Notes under the pieces: generated by a model
Told to the model about the DNA's origin: nothing
What the model saw: the letters and a program-made list of their open reading frames with translations, nothing else
Databases searched by the model: none
Position numbers and translations under genes: made by a program
Assembly (NCBI GenBank): GCA_040880505.1
Contig: JBBDIH010000212.1
Coordinates: forward strand, 22,751 to 86,750
DNA from: Minisyncoccota bacterium
GTDB taxonomy: Bacteria; Patescibacteriota; Minisyncoccia; UBA6257; GWB1-50-10
Length of the DNA stretch: 64,000 nucleotides
Direction of reading: 5' to 3'
In this document: positions 59,174-64,000 of the stretch, in pieces
Layout of the letters: the number at the start of each line of letters is the position of its first letter
Position numbering within the stretch: position 1 is the first letter of the stretch

Positions 59174-59197
59174 ATTTATCCTTAAATATAAAAAATT

Positions 59198-59629
59198 ATG
59201 CTACTTGGTGAATATCAACATACATTAGATTCAAAAGGTCGAATAGCTATTCCGGCTAAGTTTAGAGCTAAGCTAGGCGACGGCGCAATAATAACACGAG
59301 GTTTAGATAAGTGTTTGTTTGTATTTGGTATGGATGAATGGAGTAAATTAGCAGACAAGTTAACATCTCTGCCTTTAGCTCAGTCTAACTCAAGAGCTTT
59401 TGCAAGATTGATGCTTGCAGGAGCAGTTGATGTAAAGCTTGATGTTCAGGGTAGGGTATTGGTTCCTGAGTATTTAAGAGATTATGGAAGTTTAGATAAA
59501 CAAGTTATAGTAGCCGGTCTTTATAACAGAATAGAAATTTGGAATTCCGAAAAATGGGAGAAATACAAGAAAAAGACTGAAGGTTCTTCAGAGGAAATTG
59601 CTGAAAAACTTTCAGAGCTAGGCATCTAA
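59198..59629 (+). CDS. mraZ: Division/cell wall cluster transcriptional repressor MraZ
   Basis: GEYQHTLDSKGR..IP.KFR, LDVQGRVL.P, RIEIW. Confidence 0.98.
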   Translation: MLLGEYQHTLDSKGRIAIPAKFRAKLGDGAIITRGLDKCLFVFGMDEWSKLADKLTSLPLAQSNSRAFARLMLAGAVDVKLDVQGRVLVPEYLRDYGSLDKQVIVAGLYNRIEIWNSEKWEKYKKKTEGSSEEIAEKLSELGI

Positions 59630-60525
59630 TGAAGCATAAACCAGTTCTTTTAAATGAGGTAATAAATACTTTAAGTCCAAGTAAAGGTCAAACCTTTATC
59701 GATGGAACTTTAGGAGCAGGGGGTCACGCTAAAGAAATAATAAGAAAAATTTCTCCAGGCGGTACTTTTCTAGGAATAGACAAAGATCCAGACAATTTAA
59801 GGGAAACGAAAGAATTTTTAGAAAAAGTATCAAAAGAAGAGAATTTAGATTTAAATCTCAACTTTAAAGTAGGTGATTACAAAGATATAAAAGATTTTTT
59901 AAATGAAAAAAAATTACCTAAAGTTGATGGCTTAATCTTAGATTTAGGTTTTTCTTCAAATCAACTTGAGTCAGGAAAAGGTTTTAGCTTTCAAAAGGAT
60001 GAGCCCCTGATAATGAGATACGATGATAATTTAGAAAAAGTTAATGCTTTTTTTGTTCTTAATAATTTTGACAAAGGTGCATTGATAAGAATTTTTTCTG
60101 ATTTTGGTGAAGAAAAATATGCATCAAAAATAGCGGAAGAAATCATAAAAACAAGAAAGAATAAAGCAATTAAAACAACTTTTGAATTATCTAATCTGAT
60201 TAAAAAATCAGTTCCAAATAAAAAGTCTAAGATACATCCAGCAACTCGTGTTTTTATGGCTTTAAGAATTTTCATTAATGATGAATTTGGTTCCTTAAAA
60301 GACTTATTAGAAGATTTAACAAGCTTTATGGCCAATGATTCTAAAGTAGCCATAATATCCTTCCATTCACTAGAGGATAGAATAGTAAAAAATTACTTCA
60401 AAAAAATAGTAAAAAACGGGAAAGCAGAGTTTATAGAAAAGCTTATAAGACCAACAGAAGAAGAAATATCAAATAATCCAAGGTCTAGATCTGCAAAATT
60501 AAGATCAATAAAAATTAAAAAATAA
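59629..60525 (+). CDS. rsmH: 16S rRNA (cytosine-N4)-methyltransferase RsmH
   Basis: HKPVLL.E, DGTLGAGGH, DLGFSS.QL, HPATRVF.ALRI, SFHSLEDR, NPRSRSAKLR. Confidence 0.98.
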   Translation: MKHKPVLLNEVINTLSPSKGQTFIDGTLGAGGHAKEIIRKISPGGTFLGIDKDPDNLRETKEFLEKVSKEENLDLNLNFKVGDYKDIKDFLNEKKLPKVDGLILDLGFSSNQLESGKGFSFQKDEPLIMRYDDNLEKVNAFFVLNNFDKGALIRIFSDFGEEKYASKIAEEIIKTRKNKAIKTTFELSNLIKKSVPNKKSKIHPATRVFMALRIFINDEFGSLKDLLEDLTSFMANDSKVAIISFHSLEDRIVKNYFKKIVKNGKAEFIEKLIRPTEEEISNNPRSRSAKLRSIKIKK

Positions 60526-60840
60526 ATGACAATAATAAAACCAAAAAAGAATAAATCATCAATGAGTTTATTTGTGTTTTTACTCTTTACTGTAGTTATA
60601 GTAGGAGGATTAACATACATTCATCAATATAATTCTTTAGCTGATAATAAATACGATGTAGAACATCTAGAAGAAGGCATCAAACAAGCTGAATTAGATA
60701 ATGCTAATTTGAATAATAAATATTATGAATTAACTGATTTATCTAATTTAGAGCCAGTTGCAAAAGATTTACAATTAGTTTTAGATGATAGTCCTAGTTA
60801 TTTAAATGTTAATCAATGGGTTTCCGATTCATCTTTTTAA
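60526..60840 (+). CDS. ftsL: FtsL-like cell division protein
   Basis: 104 aa, TM helix + coiled coil, between rsmH and the PBP gene. Confidence 0.65.
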   Translation: MTIIKPKKNKSSMSLFVFLLFTVVIVGGLTYIHQYNSLADNKYDVEHLEEGIKQAELDNANLNNKYYELTDLSNLEPVAKDLQLVLDDSPSYLNVNQWVSDSSF

Positions 60841-62405
60841 ATATAATATTTTTTAGCCTTTTTTCAGGCTTAGTTTTTAATCTTTACAATCTTCAAGTTG
60901 AAGATGCTAATTATTATTTTGAGAAAGTAAAAGTAAGAGCAGATTATCAAGAACAACTAGAATTAAGAAGAGGCGAGATTTTTTTTAATGATAAAAACAA
61001 TAATAATATAGCTGTTGCAATAAATAGAGATTCTCCTGTTGTTTTTGCTTCACCTAAAGACATAGAAAATTCAAAAGAAGCAGCAAGAAAATTAAGTGAA
61101 TCTCTTGATTTAGAAATATCAAATTTAGAAGAAAGCTTTAATAACAAAGATAGACTTTTTAAATTATTAGTGGATAAAGCAACAGAAGAGCAAATTGAAA
61201 AAATAAAAGAGCTAGGCTTAGAAGGAATTCATATTAGTTATAAGCAGTATAGGTACTATCCTTATAGCTCACTAGCTTCAACTTTACTTGGTTTTGTTGG
61301 GGTTAATGAAAATATAGATAAAGCCTCTGGTCTTTATGGATTAGAGTTGTTTTATGAGGAGGAGCTTTCTAGTGGAGATGATGTTTATTTAACTATTGAT
61401 AGGAATATTCAATCAGAAGTAGAGAAAATTATTAATAATTTGATGGAAGATTTTGATGCTGTTGGAGCTTCGGCCATAGTTCAGAATCCAGAAACAGGAG
61501 AAATATTAGCTATGGCCAGTGTTCCTGGATTTGATCCTAATGAATATAGTGAATATCCAATAGGTAATTTTATAAATCCTAATGTTCAATACGTTTATGA
61601 ACCAGGATCTGTTTTTAAGCCTTTAACAATGTCTATGGGAATAGACAAAGGTGTAATTACTCCAGAAACAACATATTTTGATACTGGTAGCATCACTTTA
61701 AATGGAAGGACAATTCGTAACTGGAATTTAAAAGCTAATGGGTTAATTACTATGACTAATGTTATTGAAAAATCGGTTAATACAGGAGCTGCATTTGCTG
61801 GTGAAAAAGTAGGTAAAGAAAGCTTCATTGAATACTTAGAAAAATATGGATTTAGTGCGCCAACTGGTATTGATGTAAAAAATGAAGTATCTGGCAGTAT
61901 AAATAATTTGAAGAGTAATAATTTTAGAGAAGTAGATTTAGCTACGGCATCATTTGGTCAGGGTACTTCTGTAACTCCTATTCAAATGGTTTCTTCTTAT
62001 TCTGTTATAGCTAATGGCGGATTATTAATGAAACCTATTTTAAATAATAATAAAAGTCCAGAGATTATAAGAAGAGTCATAAAAGAAGAAACAGCAAAAC
62101 AAGTAATAGAAATGATGGAGTCAGCCGTAGAAAAAGCTAGAGTAGCTGCAATAGACGGTTACTCTGTAGCTGGTAAAACAGGAACTGCTCAAGTACCTGA
62201 CTTTCAAAATGGAGGATACAGTGATCAATATATACATAATTTTGTAGGTTTTGCTCCAGCTAGTGATCCACAGTTTACTATTCTTATTAAACTTGATAAA
62301 CCAAATGTTGATTTAGCGGGTATAACTGTTGTTCCTGCTTTTAAAGATTTAGCTCAATTTATTTTAAATTATTACAATATTAATCCTGACAAATTAACAC
62401 AGTAA
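60816..62405 (+). CDS. ftsI: Penicillin-binding protein (FtsI/PBP3-like)
   Basis: RGEIF, YEPGSVFK (SxxK), SVN, GKTGTAQ; dcw cluster position. Confidence 0.9.
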   Translation: MGFRFIFLNIIFFSLFSGLVFNLYNLQVEDANYYFEKVKVRADYQEQLELRRGEIFFNDKNNNNIAVAINRDSPVVFASPKDIENSKEAARKLSESLDLEISNLEESFNNKDRLFKLLVDKATEEQIEKIKELGLEGIHISYKQYRYYPYSSLASTLLGFVGVNENIDKASGLYGLELFYEEELSSGDDVYLTIDRNIQSEVEKIINNLMEDFDAVGASAIVQNPETGEILAMASVPGFDPNEYSEYPIGNFINPNVQYVYEPGSVFKPLTMSMGIDKGVITPETTYFDTGSITLNGRTIRNWNLKANGLITMTNVIEKSVNTGAAFAGEKVGKESFIEYLEKYGFSAPTGIDVKNEVSGSINNLKSNNFREVDLATASFGQGTSVTPIQMVSSYSVIANGGLLMKPILNNNKSPEIIRRVIKEETAKQVIEMMESAVEKARVAAIDGYSVAGKTGTAQVPDFQNGGYSDQYIHNFVGFAPASDPQFTILIKLDKPNVDLAGITVVPAFKDLAQFILNYYNINPDKLTQ

Positions 62406-62406
62406 A

Positions 62407-63714
62407 ATGAATAACTTTATAGAAAAAATAATAGATTTTAAACTTAAGCTTTTAGCAAAAGCAACTATTTGGCGTTATGAACCTAAGATTATTGGTGTAA
62501 CTGGAAGTGTTGGTAAAACATCAACTAAAAAAGCTATAGAAAAAATAATTAGTTATTCAAAAACTGTTAGATCTTCTGGTGATATGAGAGATAGATTTAG
62601 AAGTCTGTCTTTAGCTATTATTAGCAACGAAAAAGAAGGTGATAGTTTTGTTTTTTGGTCTAAAATTTTATTTAAGTCTTTTCTAAATTTAATTATTAAA
62701 GATAAAAAATATCCAGAAGTTCTTGTTTTAGAGTATGGAGCAGAAAAACCAGGCAATGTAAGAAGGTTATTAGACCTAGTAAGACCAACTATAAGTATTA
62801 TAACTAGTTTAGGTGATGTACCATCTCATATTGAATCATTTTCTGGGGTAGATGCTGTTATAAGGGAAAAATCTAGAATAATAAGTCAGCTACCCTCTAC
62901 TGGTTTTGCTATCCTGAATCAAGATGAGAGAGAAGTATTAGATATGAAAGAGCAAACAAGAGCTCATGTGGTTACATATGGATTTGATAAGGAATCAGAC
63001 ATAAGAATATCTAGCTTTGAAAATCTATTTAATAAAGATCAGACAGGTGTGACTTTTAAAGTAAATTATGGAGGAAGTTTTATCCCAGTTAGATTAGAAA
63101 ATTGTCTTGGTAAATCTAAGGCTTATTCTTCTGCCGCAGCCGCAGCTGTAGGATTAGTTTTTGGTATTAATTTAGTTTCAATTTCTGAAGCTTTAGAAGA
63201 ATTTCAGTCTCCTCCAGGTAGATTGAAAGTTATAGAAGGAATTAAAAAATCATTAATAATCGATGATACTTTTAACTCTTCACCAAAATCAATGGAGGAA
63301 GCTTTAGAGGTATTTAAAAAAATAAAAAAAGTTAAGAATAGAAAAATAGCTGTGATTGGTGGAACGCTTGATATTGGTAAAAAAACTTTAAATATACATG
63401 AATATTTTGGTAAAAAATTATCAAAAATATCTGATGTTTTAATTACCGTGGGCATGAGAGGAAAAATAATTTCAGAATCAGCTATAAAAAATAAAATGGA
63501 TAAAAAACACGTTCATCATTTTACAAATCTAAAAGATATAGCAGAAACATTACAGAAAGAAATAAAGAAAGGTGATTTAATTTTAGTAAAAGGATCTGAA
63601 TTCATAAGAATGGAAAACATAATAAAAGAAGTAATGGCTGAACCCAACATGGCAAAAAAATTATTATCTAGACAGAACAAATACTGGCTTAATAAGAAGG
63701 GCATGTATGAATAA
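62407..63714 (+). CDS. murF: Mur ligase, MurF-like
   Basis: GVTGSVGKTSTK P-loop, LEYGA..PG, REK, PGRL, IDDTFNSSP, LVKGS. Confidence 0.78.
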   Translation: MNNFIEKIIDFKLKLLAKATIWRYEPKIIGVTGSVGKTSTKKAIEKIISYSKTVRSSGDMRDRFRSLSLAIISNEKEGDSFVFWSKILFKSFLNLIIKDKKYPEVLVLEYGAEKPGNVRRLLDLVRPTISIITSLGDVPSHIESFSGVDAVIREKSRIISQLPSTGFAILNQDEREVLDMKEQTRAHVVTYGFDKESDIRISSFENLFNKDQTGVTFKVNYGGSFIPVRLENCLGKSKAYSSAAAAAVGLVFGINLVSISEALEEFQSPPGRLKVIEGIKKSLIIDDTFNSSPKSMEEALEVFKKIKKVKNRKIAVIGGTLDIGKKTLNIHEYFGKKLSKISDVLITVGMRGKIISESAIKNKMDKKHVHHFTNLKDIAETLQKEIKKGDLILVKGSEFIRMENIIKEVMAEPNMAKKLLSRQNKYWLNKKGMYE

Positions 63715-63716
63715 AC

Positions 63717-64000
63717 ATGGAAACAGGAAAGAAATATTTAAAAGAAATAGTTTATGGAAGTATAGATGGAATAATAACAACTTTTGCTATTGTTTCAGGT
63801 GTATTAGGTGCATCACTTTCTAGTGGAATAATAATTATTTTAGGATTAGCTAATTTATTTGCCGATGGAATGTCGATGGCAATAAGCAATTATTTAAGTG
63901 TTAAATCTGATATAGAAAAAAATGAAAAAACAGTAAATAATTTTTTAGATCCAAAAAGAACAGCTTTAGCAACCTTTTTGGCTTTTGTTATTTTTGGATT
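63717..64000 (+). CDS. VIT1/CCC1 family Fe/Mn transporter (3' truncated by window edge; not in ORF track)
   Basis: METGKKYLKEIVYGSIDGIITTFAIVSGVLGA...LGLANLFADGMSMAISNYLS. Confidence 0.9.
   Translation, partial: METGKKYLKEIVYGSIDGIITTFAIVSGVLGASLSSGIIIILGLANLFADGMSMAISNYLSVKSDIEKNEKTVNNFLDPKRTALATFLAFVIFG

Noticed and set aside
58973-59197. oriC
   Set aside because: No dnaA or dnaN nearby and gene orientation does not switch across the site; kept as a regulatory DnaA-box cluster.
1-64000. Alternative genetic code (UGA=Gly) as in Gracilibacteria/Absconditabacteria
   Set aside because: Conserved genes are full length in the standard code, and TGA serves as stop at 28059 and 36169.

Overview
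AT-rich bacterial chromosome segment, almost entirely + strand, using the standard genetic code (TGA acts as stop). Gene content and protein architectures suggest a Patescibacteria/CPR (Parcubacteria-like) genome; this is inference from minimal aaRSs, RpoA without a CTD, a split ComEC, an FtsA-like/baseplate-J-like pair and a VirD4/HerA-like ATPase. The window is mostly housekeeping: secDF, efp, mnmA, comEC, seven aminoacyl-tRNA synthetases, rpsL-rpsG-fusA, dnaG-rpoD, the infA-rpsI alpha cluster, two mreB with mreCD-mrdA, hrcA-grpE-dnaK-dnaJ with CIRCE, rplJL with an L10 leader, and the start of the mraZ dcw cluster. I found no tRNA, rRNA, CRISPR array, transposase or prophage. Most notable observations: (1) a dispersed ~59-bp intergenic palindrome family (5 full or partial copies) whose arms are inverted DnaA-box-like 9-mers; (2) an unannotated ~131-nt 6S-like RNA with its own promoter and terminator; (3) a candidate ~100-nt minus-strand sRNA between alaS and csp; (4) RpoD with a Ros/MucR-spaced C2H2 motif alongside a CTD-less RpoA; (5) a beta-barrel outer-membrane-protein-like gene with a perfect sigma70 promoter in a presumed monoderm.
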